Counted from the first letter of the stretch, positions 43,163 through 53,187 are shown. The stretch: 64,000 nucleotides of DNA from Candidatus Sulfomarinibacteraceae bacterium (GCA_963741385.1 CAVUHO010000003.1:134833-198832), one strand, 5' to 3'. Notes: a model not told the origin generated them from the letters alone. Program-made: numbers and translations.

Positions 43163-43846
43163 ATGCCACGAGGAACCAACGGACGCCAGGCTACGAGGTC
43201 GGAGGTCGCGACCGCCGGGGTGCTGCAGGCGGCGCTCGAGCTGTTTTCGACCCAGGGCTACGGCGCCACGTCCATGCGCCAGATCGCCGAGGCGTGCGAC
43301 CAGTCGGTGGGCAACCTCTACCACCACTTCGGCTCCAAAGAAAAGATCTACCAGGCCCTCATCGACGATTACTGGGCCCGGCTGCTCAATCCCGAGAACC
43401 CACTCCAGAAGGTCTTCACGCGGGCCAACTTCCCCGATGACCTCGAAGATCTGGCGGCGGCGATCGAGGCCACGGTGGAGGAGAACAGGGCCTCGATCCT
43501 GCTCGTGTTCGTTGACGTCATCGAGCACCAGGGCCGGCACATCCGGTCCTTTTACGAGACCATGGCCGGCCGCTTCAAGGAAAAGTACGGCCCGCACTTC
43601 GCGGATCTCGCAAGGGAAGGCCGCCTCGCCGACGCCGACCCCCTGGTGGCGGTCATGGTAGCGACCCGGTGGCTCTTCTATTTCTACACGGTGGAGAAGT
43701 GTTTCGGTGTGCCCATGCACTTCGGCATGGACGCCCAGCAAGCAGTGGGCGGTTTTATCCGCATTTTGCGTAACGGGGTGCTGCGGCAGCCGGTGGAGGC
43801 TGGCGCGGTGCCCACAACGGAAGTCAAGGAGGGGAGAGCATCATGA
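43163..43846 (+). CDS. TetR/AcrR-family transcriptional regulator
   Basis: 227-aa ORF. N-terminal HTH signature LELFSTQGYGATSMRQIAEACDQSVGNLYHHFGSKE. Confidence 0.88.
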   Translation: MPRGTNGRQATRSEVATAGVLQAALELFSTQGYGATSMRQIAEACDQSVGNLYHHFGSKEKIYQALIDDYWARLLNPENPLQKVFTRANFPDDLEDLAAAIEATVEENRASILLVFVDVIEHQGRHIRSFYETMAGRFKEKYGPHFADLAREGRLADADPLVAVMVATRWLFYFYTVEKCFGVPMHFGMDAQQAVGGFIRILRNGVLRQPVEAGAVPTTEVKEGRAS

Positions 43847-46134
43847 GTGATCGATTGAGGAACTGGTTGTTGCTATTGGCCGCCCTTGTCATAGTCTGCG
43901 GACTGGCGGGCCCGGTGCTGGCGCAGGAGGCCACCGAGGACCCGGGCGAGTCTCCAAAGACCGAAGAAGAAAAGGCTATCGATGAAGCGCTGAAGCGGGA
44001 GCCTTTCGCGGGCGAGATCATCGTCACGTCGCGACGGCGAGAGGAGGTCTTGCAGGAGGTTCCGATCGCGGTTTCGGTGGTGGCCGGAGATCAGCTCGAA
44101 GACGTCGCGGCATCCACTATTTCCGAGCTCCAGGCCTATGTCCCCAACCTGTCCATCTATCAGGGCCGTAACCAGTCGACCACGCTGACGGCGTTCATTC
44201 GTGGTGTCGGGCAGGCGGACCCACTGTGGGGCGTGGATCCCGGAGTCGGGCTGTATATTGATGACGTCTATATCGCCCGTGCACAGGGCGCGCTGCTCGA
44301 CGTCTACGACATCTCGAGGGTCGAGGTGCTGCGCGGTCCACAGGGGACCCTGTACGGCAAGAACACGATTGGCGGCGCGATCAAGTACGTCACCAAACCG
44401 CTTTCAAACACTTTAGAAGGCCGCATCACCTGGAACCCCGGGACCTTCAACACCGAGGAGTTCCGGGCCAATGTCAGCGGGCCGATCGTCAAGGACAAAC
44501 TGCTTGGCAAGGCGTCCTTCGCCAAGCTCACCCGCGACGGCTACGGTACGAACCTCTACCAGGAAAGAGAAGTTTCGAACAAGGACACCACCGCCTACCG
44601 CCTCGCCCTGGAGTGGCTGGCGTCGGACAAGGTGTCGCTTCGTGCGGACTACGACTACACCAAAGACGACGCCGAGCCGATCGGTTTGACCCGGCTCGCG
44701 TCCAACCCGTTTTGTTGGGTCTACGGCGGATATGCCTGCGATCCGTTGCCGAATCTCTTCGACACCGAGAGCGGTATCGATCCGGTCAACAACACCAAAT
44801 CCACCGGTTATTCGCTGACTCTCCAATGGGATATCAACCCCGGCCTGAAGTTCAAGTCGATCACCGCCTACCGGGAAACCGACACCCAGAACTGGATTGA
44901 CTTTGACACCTCTCCGTTGGCGATTGCTGATTCTCAGGCGACCTATTACGACGATCAGACCACGCAGGAGTTCCAGCTCATCTTTACCGGTTCCAAGAAG
45001 TGGAGTGGTGTCGTCGGGTTCTTCTACTTCGATGGCCTGGCGGGAGGCGAGGTCGAGGCCATCTTCTACACCAACTTCCCCAACACGACGACCGGAGACA
45101 TGGGAACCAAATCCTATGCCGTGTACGGCGACGCCAGTGTCAGACTCACCGATCGGTTGACCCTCAATTTGGGTCTGCGGCCGACCCGGGAGACGAAGCA
45201 CGGCAGGGCCTTCAACGTCTACAATATTCCCCCGGATGACTTCGACAACTACTATTTCGTTGCGGCGGATTTCGATAAAGAGGTGACCTTCACGTCCTGG
45301 GCTCCCAAGATCGGACTCGATTACCAGTTCAGCCCTGACGTCATGGGCTATGTCAAGGTCAACCAGGGATTCAAGAGCGGCGGTTACAACGTCCGTGCGC
45401 AGTCGACCCTTTTTCCTGATACCGCCCTGCCCTTCGATGACGAGACCATGACCATGGGCGAGATCGGACTCAAGACGGTTCTGGCGAATCGGTCACTCGT
45501 CCTCAACACCGCCGTCTTCTACGGTTCCTACGACGACATCCAGGTCAGCACCTTCACCTCGTACGATTCGAACGGCGATGGTTCTGACGATGCGTTCTTC
45601 GGCAACTTCCTCAATGCCGGCAACGCCACGATCAAAGGTCTCGAGGTCGAGTACAACTGGGCCTCGAAGTCCTGGTTCGGGCTTTCGGGATTCGTCGCGT
45701 ACCTCGACGCAAAACCGGACGAGTTTCTCGATGAAAACGGGGACGGGTTCGTCGATACCCAGGTCATCACCAACGCACCGGAGTGGACCGGAACCATCCG
45801 CGGGAATGTCGACTTCCCACTCTTCGGAGGTCTGATCACCGGGAGCGTCGGATACGCCTATCGTGATGATTCGGTACTGACCAACGAGGGCGGAACCCAG
45901 CCGTTCAATCCGACGCAACCGTTGCTGCCCCTGGTGCAACCGTCGTACGGCTTGTTGGACGCCTGGATTGCGTGGCTGTCGGGCAATTCCAAATGGCGCT
46001 TCGGTGTCAGCGGCAAGAACCTCACTGACGAGGAGTACCTGACAAACGGCTACAACCTTCCGGTGCTGGGATCGGTCACCGGTTCGTACGGCATGCCGCG
46101 AACATTCGTAGCGACATTGGAGTTCAGATTCTGA
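43843..46134 (+). CDS. TonB-dependent outer-membrane receptor
   Basis: 763-aa ORF with a signal peptide and plug motifs (IIVTSRRREEVLQEVPIAVSVV, RVEVLRGPQGTLYGKNTIGGAIKY). The C-terminal strand ends TLEFRF. ATGA overlap with the TetR gene. Confidence 0.9.
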   Translation: MSDRLRNWLLLLAALVIVCGLAGPVLAQEATEDPGESPKTEEEKAIDEALKREPFAGEIIVTSRRREEVLQEVPIAVSVVAGDQLEDVAASTISELQAYVPNLSIYQGRNQSTTLTAFIRGVGQADPLWGVDPGVGLYIDDVYIARAQGALLDVYDISRVEVLRGPQGTLYGKNTIGGAIKYVTKPLSNTLEGRITWNPGTFNTEEFRANVSGPIVKDKLLGKASFAKLTRDGYGTNLYQEREVSNKDTTAYRLALEWLASDKVSLRADYDYTKDDAEPIGLTRLASNPFCWVYGGYACDPLPNLFDTESGIDPVNNTKSTGYSLTLQWDINPGLKFKSITAYRETDTQNWIDFDTSPLAIADSQATYYDDQTTQEFQLIFTGSKKWSGVVGFFYFDGLAGGEVEAIFYTNFPNTTTGDMGTKSYAVYGDASVRLTDRLTLNLGLRPTRETKHGRAFNVYNIPPDDFDNYYFVAADFDKEVTFTSWAPKIGLDYQFSPDVMGYVKVNQGFKSGGYNVRAQSTLFPDTALPFDDETMTMGEIGLKTVLANRSLVLNTAVFYGSYDDIQVSTFTSYDSNGDGSDDAFFGNFLNAGNATIKGLEVEYNWASKSWFGLSGFVAYLDAKPDEFLDENGDGFVDTQVITNAPEWTGTIRGNVDFPLFGGLITGSVGYAYRDDSVLTNEGGTQPFNPTQPLLPLVQPSYGLLDAWIAWLSGNSKWRFGVSGKNLTDEEYLTNGYNLPVLGSVTGSYGMPRTFVATLEFRF

Positions 46135-46145
46135 GTTTTTCCCAA

Positions 46146-46176
46146 GGGGGCGCCGGAGCCGGCGCCCCCTGTTTTC
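46146..46176 (+). terminator. Rho-independent terminator
   Basis: GGGGGCGCCGG-ag-CCGGCGCCCCC followed by TGTTTTC, 12 nt after the receptor stop. Confidence 0.75.
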
Positions 46177-46252
46177 TTGATTCAATTACCCGGGCAGGTT
46201 CGTGGGCGAAGCCATGTCCTGCCGGGATTGGTTCAGACTATTTGGAGGAGCC

Positions 46253-47038
46253 ATGATCGAAACTGGACTCAAGAACAAGGTTGTCATCGTCACCGGCGCG
46301 GCGGCCGGGATCGGGCGCGCAACCGCTGAGCGGTTTGCCGCCGAGGGGTGCAAGGTCGCGGCGTGGGATGTGAACGAGGCAGTGTCGCACGAGGTGGTGG
46401 CGGCACTCGAGGCCGCCGGTGGGAAGGGCATCTTCCAGAAGGTGAACGTCGCCAACGTGGGCGAGGTGGAAGCTGCGGTCGCGGATGTCGTGGATCGTTG
46501 GGGTTCGGTCTCGGTGCTGGTCAACAACGCCGGCATCGTGCGCGACAGCCAGTTGGTCAAGTACAAGGACGGCGCGGTTCAATCGACCATGACCGACGAG
46601 GCGTGGGATGCGGTGATCGGAGTCAACCTCAAGGGCGTGTTCAACTGCACGCGGGCGGTGGTGCCGCACTTGATCGCCGGCGGCCAGGGCGGCGTGGTCC
46701 TCAACGCCTCGTCGGTGGCCTGCCTCAACGGCAACTTCGGCCAGACCAACTACGTGGCCACCAAGGCCGGCGTCATCGGCATGACCAAGACCTGGGCGCG
46801 TGAACTGGGCAAGTTCGGGATCCGGGTCAACGCGGTGGCCCCGGGCTTCGTCAAGACCGAAATCATCAACGCCATGCCGCAGAAGGTCATCGAATCCATG
46901 GTGGCGCACACGCCGATGGGGCGCATCGGTGACACGAAAGACATCGCCGAGGCGTACGTGTGGTTGGCGTCCGATGCGGCGAACTGGGTGACGGGGACGG
47001 TCTTGTCGGTGGATGGTGGGTTGGTGATCGGGACGTGA
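46253..47038 (+). CDS. Short-chain dehydrogenase/reductase, 3-oxoacyl-ACP reductase (FabG)-like
   Basis: ATG at 46253 after GGAGGAG. TGAAAGIG cofactor motif, NNAG, and the S...YxxxK pattern (NYVATKAG). Confidence 0.85.
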   Translation: MIETGLKNKVVIVTGAAAGIGRATAERFAAEGCKVAAWDVNEAVSHEVVAALEAAGGKGIFQKVNVANVGEVEAAVADVVDRWGSVSVLVNNAGIVRDSQLVKYKDGAVQSTMTDEAWDAVIGVNLKGVFNCTRAVVPHLIAGGQGGVVLNASSVACLNGNFGQTNYVATKAGVIGMTKTWARELGKFGIRVNAVAPGFVKTEIINAMPQKVIESMVAHTPMGRIGDTKDIAEAYVWLASDAANWVTGTVLSVDGGLVIGT

Positions 47039-47175
47039 ATTTCGGATTTCGGATTTCGGATTTCGGATTTCGGATTGGCCACCCAACCACCCGGCACGCG
47101 GGACGCGTGACCCACAAGGCTTCTGATCCGGTTTGTGGGGCAGCCGTCCCGGCTGCCATTCCGCTGGGTGGATTG
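47038..47175. repeat. Composite structured intergenic repeat, copy II (heptamer arm plus core in inverted orientation, no AT arm)
   Basis: (ATTTCGG)x5 at 47038..47076. The core carries the CACGCG hairpin first and GGCAGCC-GTCCC-GGCTGCC second, i.e. the reverse complement of the copy I core. Confidence 0.8.
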
Positions 47176-47198
47176 AACGGTCAGTGAGGGAGGGGGAG

Positions 47199-48191
47199 AT
47201 GGCCAGATACGCGACGATTGTCTCGACCGGGCGCTACATCCCTGAAATCGAGGTGTCCAACGACGTGCTCCGGGAGCGCTTTGCGCACCTTCCGGACTTC
47301 GTCGACAAGATGGAGGAGTCGTCGAACATCAGGACCCGTTGGTGGGCCCCGGACGACTGGTGCACCTCCGACATCGCGTTGCCCGCGGCCCAACGGGCGC
47401 TCGAAAAGGCCGGTCGCAGGCCTGAGGACGTGGACCTGATCGTCCTCGGCACCGACTCGCCGGACTACATCACGCCGGCCACATCGGTGGTTCTCCAGCA
47501 CAAGCTCGGCGCCAAGAACGCCGGCACCTTTGATGTGGGGTGTGCGTGTGCGTCGTTCCCGACCGGAGCGGCCATTGCGGCAGGCCTCATCGCCGCGAAT
47601 CAGGCATTGAAGACCGTGCTGGTGGTCGGCGTCTACAACATGCACAAGCTGGCCTCGCCGGACGATCCGATGGTCTTTTTCTACGGTGACGGCGCCGGCG
47701 CTGCGGTTCTGGAGCCGGCAGATGAACCGGGCTTCATCTCGTCGGCGTACAGGGCCGACGGTTTCTACCACCGCCACTGGGGGATCTACGCGGGCGCCAC
47801 CTTCGAGCCGGCAACCGAGGCAGCGGTCCGCGACGGCCGGACCATGGTCAAGATGATCGATCGCTACCCGCCGGAGATCAACCACGAGGGTTGGCCGGCG
47901 GTGGTCCGCAAGCTCGCCGCCAACGGGGGGTTCGAGCTGTCGGATATCGACTTCACGATCTTCACCCAGGTTCGCAAGCCGTCCATCGAGCTGGTGATGG
48001 CCGATCTCGGGCTGCCGATGGAGCGCACCCACACGGTGATGGAGAAGTGGGGCTACACGGGGTCGGCGTGCGTGCCGATCGCGCTCGACGACGCGCTCGA
48101 ACAGGGAAAGATCAAATCAGGCGATCTGCTCGTGATGGTAGGGTCCGGGGTAGGGTATAACCAAGCAGGAGTCGCGTTCAGGATGCCCTGA
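47199..48191 (+). CDS. KAS III (FabH)-like protein with Cys retained but His/Asn positions substituted
   Basis: ATG at 47199 after GAGGGAGGGGGAG. FabH-like fold motifs (FDVGCACASF, FFYGDGAGAAVL). By-eye alignment to E. coli FabH puts FTQVR opposite PHQAN and WGYTGSAC opposite HGNTSAAS. Confidence 0.8.
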   Translation: MARYATIVSTGRYIPEIEVSNDVLRERFAHLPDFVDKMEESSNIRTRWWAPDDWCTSDIALPAAQRALEKAGRRPEDVDLIVLGTDSPDYITPATSVVLQHKLGAKNAGTFDVGCACASFPTGAAIAAGLIAANQALKTVLVVGVYNMHKLASPDDPMVFFYGDGAGAAVLEPADEPGFISSAYRADGFYHRHWGIYAGATFEPATEAAVRDGRTMVKMIDRYPPEINHEGWPAVVRKLAANGGFELSDIDFTIFTQVRKPSIELVMADLGLPMERTHTVMEKWGYTGSACVPIALDDALEQGKIKSGDLLVMVGSGVGYNQAGVAFRMP

Positions 48192-48199
48192 ACGTGGGA

Positions 48200-48300
48200 A
48201 AAATTCTGAATTTTGAATTTTTAATTTTGAATTGCGGACACGCAACCGTTCTCTGGCCGGGTGGCCGTGAATTCAAAATTCATAATTCAAAATTTAAAAC
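48200..48300. repeat. Composite structured intergenic repeat, copy III (inverted AT-rich arms around a short GC core)
   Basis: AAAATTCTGAATTTTGAATTTTTAATTTTGAATTG ... GAATTCAAAATTCATAATTCAAAATTTAAAAC. The arms are mutually inverted. Confidence 0.75.
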
Positions 48301-48327
48301 TCGCGATGATCGGTTCGGGGGCTGAAG

Positions 48328-49293
48328 ATGGGCAGGAAGTTGCTGAAGATTCTCATGGTTATCGGAGTTTTGGTCGTCGTTGCGATCATCGCGTGCGTGT
48401 GGATGGTGTGGAAACGGCCGCTCACCGTGGATGCGATGTTCAGCCGCATGGCGCTCGGCAGGATCGGGTTCGAGAAGACGACCGTCGCCATCCCGGAAGG
48501 CAGGATGACGGTGTGGGTCGGCGGTGAGGGGCCCTGCATGGTGCTGTTGCACGGCGCGGGCGACCAGGCTGGCGCCTGGGCGCGGATGGCGGCGCCCCTG
48601 CTGGACGACCACCGGGTCGTCATTCCGGATCTCCCGGGCCACTGGAAGAGCGATCCGCGGAGCGGGCCGCTCGGTATCGGCCAGGTTCTCGGGGGGCTCG
48701 AGGCGGTGATGGAGACCACCTGCGCGGGAGAGAACGCGATTCTGGTGGGCAACTCGATGGGGGCATGGATCTCGATGCTCTACGCCGTCGAACACCCGGA
48801 CCGCGTCGAGCGTTTGGTGGCGATCAACGGCGGCGCGATCCGCGAGGACAACCCGCAAGTGAACCTCTTCCCGACGAGCCGCGAGGAGGCGCGCGCGACC
48901 TTGAAGGCGCTGATGGGCCCGGCGACGCCGCCGGTGCCCGACTTCGTGCTCGACGACGTCATCCGCCACGCGCGGGTCGGTCCGGCGGGCCGGCTGGCGC
49001 TGACCGCCGGTGACATGGGCCGCTATCTCCTCGACGGCAGGCTCGACGAGGTGACGGTGCCGGTGGAGCTGGTGTGGGGTGACGCCGACGGGTTGTTGAC
49101 CCTCGATTACGCACAACGGCTGCTGGACGGATTGCCGCGGGCGCGGCTGTACCCGGTGCACGGCTGCGGCCACGTCCCCGAGCGCGAATGCCCCGACAAG
49201 ACCCTCGAGGTCATGGAGACGGCCCTGGCGATGGCGCCGGTCGAAACCGCCGTCGTCGAGGAGCCGCCGACCGAGGAGGAGGCAACACCGTGA
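48328..49293 (+). CDS. Alpha/beta hydrolase with N-terminal membrane anchor
   Basis: 321-aa ORF. TM LKILMVIGVLVVVAIIACVWMV. HG oxyanion motif VLLHGAGD. Nucleophile elbow GNSMG. GCGHVP near the C-terminus. Confidence 0.85.
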   Translation: MGRKLLKILMVIGVLVVVAIIACVWMVWKRPLTVDAMFSRMALGRIGFEKTTVAIPEGRMTVWVGGEGPCMVLLHGAGDQAGAWARMAAPLLDDHRVVIPDLPGHWKSDPRSGPLGIGQVLGGLEAVMETTCAGENAILVGNSMGAWISMLYAVEHPDRVERLVAINGGAIREDNPQVNLFPTSREEARATLKALMGPATPPVPDFVLDDVIRHARVGPAGRLALTAGDMGRYLLDGRLDEVTVPVELVWGDADGLLTLDYAQRLLDGLPRARLYPVHGCGHVPERECPDKTLEVMETALAMAPVETAVVEEPPTEEEATP

Positions 49294-50828
49294 TCTGCGG
49301 CGACATCATCGGCGAACGCAGCCGCCTGTCTCCCGACCGCACGGCGGTGGTTGACGTGGCCAGCGGCCGCCGCCTGACCTACCGCGAGATGAACTCGCGG
49401 GCGGCTCACTGCGCCCGGACCTGGCTCTACGGTCTCGGGCTCAAACGGGGCGACCGCATCGGCATCCTGGCCGGCAACCGCCTCGAGTTTCTCGACGCCT
49501 TTTTCGCCGCCGGCAAGTCGGGCGTGATTCTGGTGCCGTTGGGGACGCGGCTGACGGCGGCGGAGCTGGCGGTGATCGCCGCCGATTGTGGTCTTTCGGC
49601 ACTGGTCTTCGGCGACGATCACGCGGACACCGTGCGGGAGCTGGCCGGTCGCGGCGACGTCGGCCGTCTGGTGGCGTTGGATGAAGGTGCCGGGATCGGT
49701 GCTGCATCGTGGAAAGAGTTGAAAGACAGGGTGGGGGAGGGCGATCACGTGCCCTCGGTGTGCTCGCCGGACGACCCCTACTGCCTGCTCTACACTTCGG
49801 GGACCACCGGCCGGCCCAAGGGCGTGATCACACCGCACCGCATGGTGGCATGGAATGCCTACAACACGGTTGTGTGTTGGCAGCTGACCGAGAACGACGT
49901 CAGCCCGATCTTCACACCGCTCTACCACGCAGGAGGACTGGGCGCCTTTTTGACGCCGATCCTGCTGGCCGGAGGGACCATCCTGCTCCACCGGCAGTTC
50001 GACCCGACCGAGGTGTGGCGGGTCATCGAGTCGGAAGGTTGCACGGTGGTGCTGGGCGTGCCCACGATCTGGAAGATGCTGGCCGAGGCCCCCGAGTTTG
50101 AAAACGCCGACCTCAGCCGGGTTCGCTGGTTCATCTCCGGCGGCGCACCGTTACCGCGCCATCTGGTCCAGACCTTTCGCGATCGCGGTGTTGTGCTGAG
50201 GCAGGGCTACGGTCTGACCGAAGTCGGGGTGAACTGTTTCTCGATGACCGACGAGGAGGCCTGGCTCAAGGCGGGCTCGATCGGCAAGCCGCTGATGTTC
50301 ACCGAAGCGCGGGTGATGGACCCCGACGGCAGGGAAAAGCCGCCCGACGAGGTCGGTGAGCTGTGCTTCCGCGGGCCGCACGTCAGCGCCGGCTACTGGA
50401 ACAACCCACAGGCGACCGCCGAAGCCCGCGACAAGGACGGCTGGTTCCACACCGGCGACATGGCGTGCCGTGATGCCGACGGGTTCTACTCCATCGCCGG
50501 CCGCGCCAAGGACATGTTCATCTCGGGCGGGGTCAACGTCTATCCGGCCGAGATCGAAAATGCGCTGCTCCAACATCCCGCGGTGTCCGACGTGGCGGTT
50601 GCCGGGGTGCCGCACGATGTGTGGGGAGAGATCGGCGTTGCCTTCGTGGTGCCGGTGGCCGGCGGCGACGCCGTAACGCCGGAAGCGATGGCCGAATACC
50701 TTGGCGCCCGGCTCGCGCGCTACAAGATCCCACGCCAGTTCCACCTGCTCGAGGAGTTACCCCGCACGGCCTACGGCAAAGTGGTGAAGGGAGAGCTTGT
50801 GGAGTGGTGGAAGAAACGGAACCAATGA
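49290..50828 (+). CDS. AMP-dependent acyl-CoA synthetase/ligase
   Basis: GTG at 49290 (GTGA overlap with the upstream stop, GAGGAGGAGG RBS). AMP-binding motif LLYTSGTTGRPKGV, plus GYGLTE, TGDMA and the C-terminal YGKVVK. Confidence 0.88.
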   Translation: MICGDIIGERSRLSPDRTAVVDVASGRRLTYREMNSRAAHCARTWLYGLGLKRGDRIGILAGNRLEFLDAFFAAGKSGVILVPLGTRLTAAELAVIAADCGLSALVFGDDHADTVRELAGRGDVGRLVALDEGAGIGAASWKELKDRVGEGDHVPSVCSPDDPYCLLYTSGTTGRPKGVITPHRMVAWNAYNTVVCWQLTENDVSPIFTPLYHAGGLGAFLTPILLAGGTILLHRQFDPTEVWRVIESEGCTVVLGVPTIWKMLAEAPEFENADLSRVRWFISGGAPLPRHLVQTFRDRGVVLRQGYGLTEVGVNCFSMTDEEAWLKAGSIGKPLMFTEARVMDPDGREKPPDEVGELCFRGPHVSAGYWNNPQATAEARDKDGWFHTGDMACRDADGFYSIAGRAKDMFISGGVNVYPAEIENALLQHPAVSDVAVAGVPHDVWGEIGVAFVVPVAGGDAVTPEAMAEYLGARLARYKIPRQFHLLEELPRTAYGKVVKGELVEWWKKRNQ

Positions 50829-50921
50829 AAATTTCGGATTTCGGATTTCGGATTTCGGATGTGACCCCCACCCACCCGGTGACCCGGATTGTTCGTGAGG
50901 GCGGGCGGGAAATCCGAAATC
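50828..50921. repeat. Composite structured intergenic repeat, copy IV (inverted GGATTTC-type arms)
   Basis: (ATTTCGG)x4 at 50828..50860, a GC-rich core (CCCACCCACCCGG ... GAGGGCGGGCGGG), and GAAATCCGAAATC at 50909..50921. Confidence 0.75.
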
Positions 50922-50952
50922 TAAAGAGCCTATTACTTCAAAAGGAGTCTCG

Positions 50953-52158
50953 ATGATGAAGAAGATTTATATTGCCGCTTATCATCAATCCAAGTTCGGC
51001 AAGCTGTTCGACATGACGGTGCCGGACATCATCGCCAACGCGGTCACCGAAACCTGCGCCGAGATCGGCGCCGAGCCGTCCGCCATCGATGTGGCTTCGG
51101 TCGGCGCCACCTGCAATTTCTCCCTCAACGAACAGGGCCTGTTGGCCGGTCTGGTGGCGATGGTGCCGGGACTTGGCGCCAAGCCCATCGAGGCAGTCGA
51201 GAACGCCTGCGCCAGCGGCGGTCAGGCTGTGTTGAGCGTGATCGGCAAGCTCCAGATGGGTCTCGGCGATGTCGGGCTTGCGGTGGGCTACGAGAAGATG
51301 CGCGACTCCGAGGGCAAGATGGACGGCGCGTTGATCGGCAAGGTGCTCGGCTATTTCTCACACCCCGTCGAGCGCGAGGGCAAGGTCTACATCTTCCCCC
51401 ACCTCTTCGCGGAGGTGATGCGCGACTACATGGCGGCCCACGGAACCACCGAACGCGAGTTCGCCGAGATCTCCTCCCGTGAGTACGCCAACGGCAACCA
51501 CAACCCCTACGCCCAGATGCAGAAGGTCCAGGTATCGCTCGACGAGGCGGCGACGGCCGAGGGCCGCAACCGCTACATCGTCGATGGCCTGCCGCTCAAG
51601 ACCTACGACTGCTCGCAGATCACCGACGGCTACGCGGGCATGATTCTCGCCACCGCCGAGGGTCTTTCAAAATTGGGAATCGCCAAAGCCGACTGCGTCG
51701 AGATCGCCGGGTGGGGCCAGGCCACCGACCCGTTGCTCAAGGCCGGCCGCGACATCCTCAAACCAGAGGGCGCCTACGCCGCGATGAACGCCGCTTATCA
51801 ACTGGCGGGTGCAAACCCGGCCGATGTCAACGTGGCCGAGATCCACGACTGCTTTACGGTCATGGCCGCCATCGGGACCGAAGTCATCGGCAAGGCGGGC
51901 CACGGCAAGGGCGCGCGGTTCTGGGCCGACGGCAAGGCCGACGCCAAGGGCGAGTGCGGCATCAACACCTCGGGCGGGCTGATCGCCAAGGGGCACCCGG
52001 TGGGCGCTACCGGCATCGCCATGATCGGGTGGAGCGCGTGGCAGCTGCAGGGCAAGGCGCCCGCCGAGCTCCAGGTGCCCAACCCCAAGCTCGCGGCGAC
52101 CTTCAATATCGGCGGACCGATCTGCGCATCAGTCTGCACAGTTCTCAGGCGAGCCTGA
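50953..52158 (+). CDS. Thiolase-fold protein (SCP-x/non-specific lipid-transfer-type thiolase-like)
   Basis: 401-aa ORF. Active-site Cys context VENACASGG. C-terminal thiolase motifs NTSGGLIAKGHPVGATG and NIGG. Confidence 0.85.
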   Translation: MMKKIYIAAYHQSKFGKLFDMTVPDIIANAVTETCAEIGAEPSAIDVASVGATCNFSLNEQGLLAGLVAMVPGLGAKPIEAVENACASGGQAVLSVIGKLQMGLGDVGLAVGYEKMRDSEGKMDGALIGKVLGYFSHPVEREGKVYIFPHLFAEVMRDYMAAHGTTEREFAEISSREYANGNHNPYAQMQKVQVSLDEAATAEGRNRYIVDGLPLKTYDCSQITDGYAGMILATAEGLSKLGIAKADCVEIAGWGQATDPLLKAGRDILKPEGAYAAMNAAYQLAGANPADVNVAEIHDCFTVMAAIGTEVIGKAGHGKGARFWADGKADAKGECGINTSGGLIAKGHPVGATGIAMIGWSAWQLQGKAPAELQVPNPKLAATFNIGGPICASVCTVLRRA

Positions 52159-52170
52159 GAACGGCGCAGA

Positions 52171-52283
52171 CTCAATTTTGAATTATGAATTATGAATTTT
52201 GAATTCCCATCACACTACCAATCCGCATCGAAGATTGGGGCTGCGTCCGAAATTCAAAATTGAGAATTCAAAATTAAGAATTA
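52171..52283. repeat. Composite structured intergenic repeat, copy V (inverted AT-rich arms)
   Basis: CTCAATTTTGAATTATGAATTATGAATTTTGAATTC ... AAATTCAAAATTGAGAATTCAAAATTAAGAATTA. The arms are mutually inverted around a core of about 43 bp. Confidence 0.75.
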
Positions 52284-52296
52284 TTCAGGAGGAACG

Positions 52297-53187
52297 ATGA
52301 ATCAGGAACTGGCGCCTGATCGCAGCGGTCATCTGCAGGTCGGCGACAATAAAATCTGGTGGGAGTACTTTGGCACGGGCGACCGCGAGGCGGTGTGCCT
52401 GCTCAACGGCCTCGCCATGCACACCAAGGCCTGGTACGGCTTTCTGCCGATGCTGATCGACGAGTACGACGTGATCCTCTACGACTTTCTCGGCCAGGGG
52501 GAGTCGTCGAAGGAAGACGTCCCGTACTCCATGGACGAACTCGCTCGCCACCTCGCGCTGATCATGGATGAGGTCGGGGTCGAAAAAGTCCACCCCATGG
52601 GGATCTCCTACGGCGGCTTCATCGCGCTCGAGTTCGCGCGCCTCTACCCCGAGCGGCTCCACACGTTGATCCTGTCGGGGATCCTCGCCAGCCGGGAGAA
52701 GCTCTTCTCCATGTACCAGGACATTTCCTTGCGCTTCTACCGCGGCACAGAGGGCGAGTTCGAGCTCTACACCTACTACATGTACGAAAAGATCTTTTCC
52801 GAACGATTCGTCAAGAACATCCCGGACGAGCAGCTCGCGGCCATGCGGCAGCGCTTTTACGATCGCTACATCGACTACCGCTACTGCCTGATCCGTTTGA
52901 CCGAGGCCCAGAACCCGTACTTCGCCAACATCGAGGAACGGGTGGAAGGCTATCGGAAGGTGACCGCGCCGACCCTGATCCTGGCCGGCGCCCACGACCG
53001 GGCGATCCCGCTGTGGCAGCAGGAGAAGCTGGCCGAGATCTTCCCCAACAGCCGCTACGAGCTGGTGCCGGAGAGCGGCCACGTGGTCTATATCGAACGG
53101 CCGGACATCTTCTTTCCGGCCCTCAAGGCCTTCATGGCGGCGAAGTCGGTCGATTTCGAGATGCCGTCGGGCGAGAGCGCCGCGTGA
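52297..53187 (+). CDS. Alpha/beta hydrolase
   Basis: 296-aa ORF after AGGAGGA. LLNGLAM..., nucleophile elbow GISYGG, and C-terminal SGHVVYIE. Confidence 0.85.
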   Translation: MNQELAPDRSGHLQVGDNKIWWEYFGTGDREAVCLLNGLAMHTKAWYGFLPMLIDEYDVILYDFLGQGESSKEDVPYSMDELARHLALIMDEVGVEKVHPMGISYGGFIALEFARLYPERLHTLILSGILASREKLFSMYQDISLRFYRGTEGEFELYTYYMYEKIFSERFVKNIPDEQLAAMRQRFYDRYIDYRYCLIRLTEAQNPYFANIEERVEGYRKVTAPTLILAGAHDRAIPLWQQEKLAEIFPNSRYELVPESGHVVYIERPDIFFPALKAFMAAKSVDFEMPSGESAA

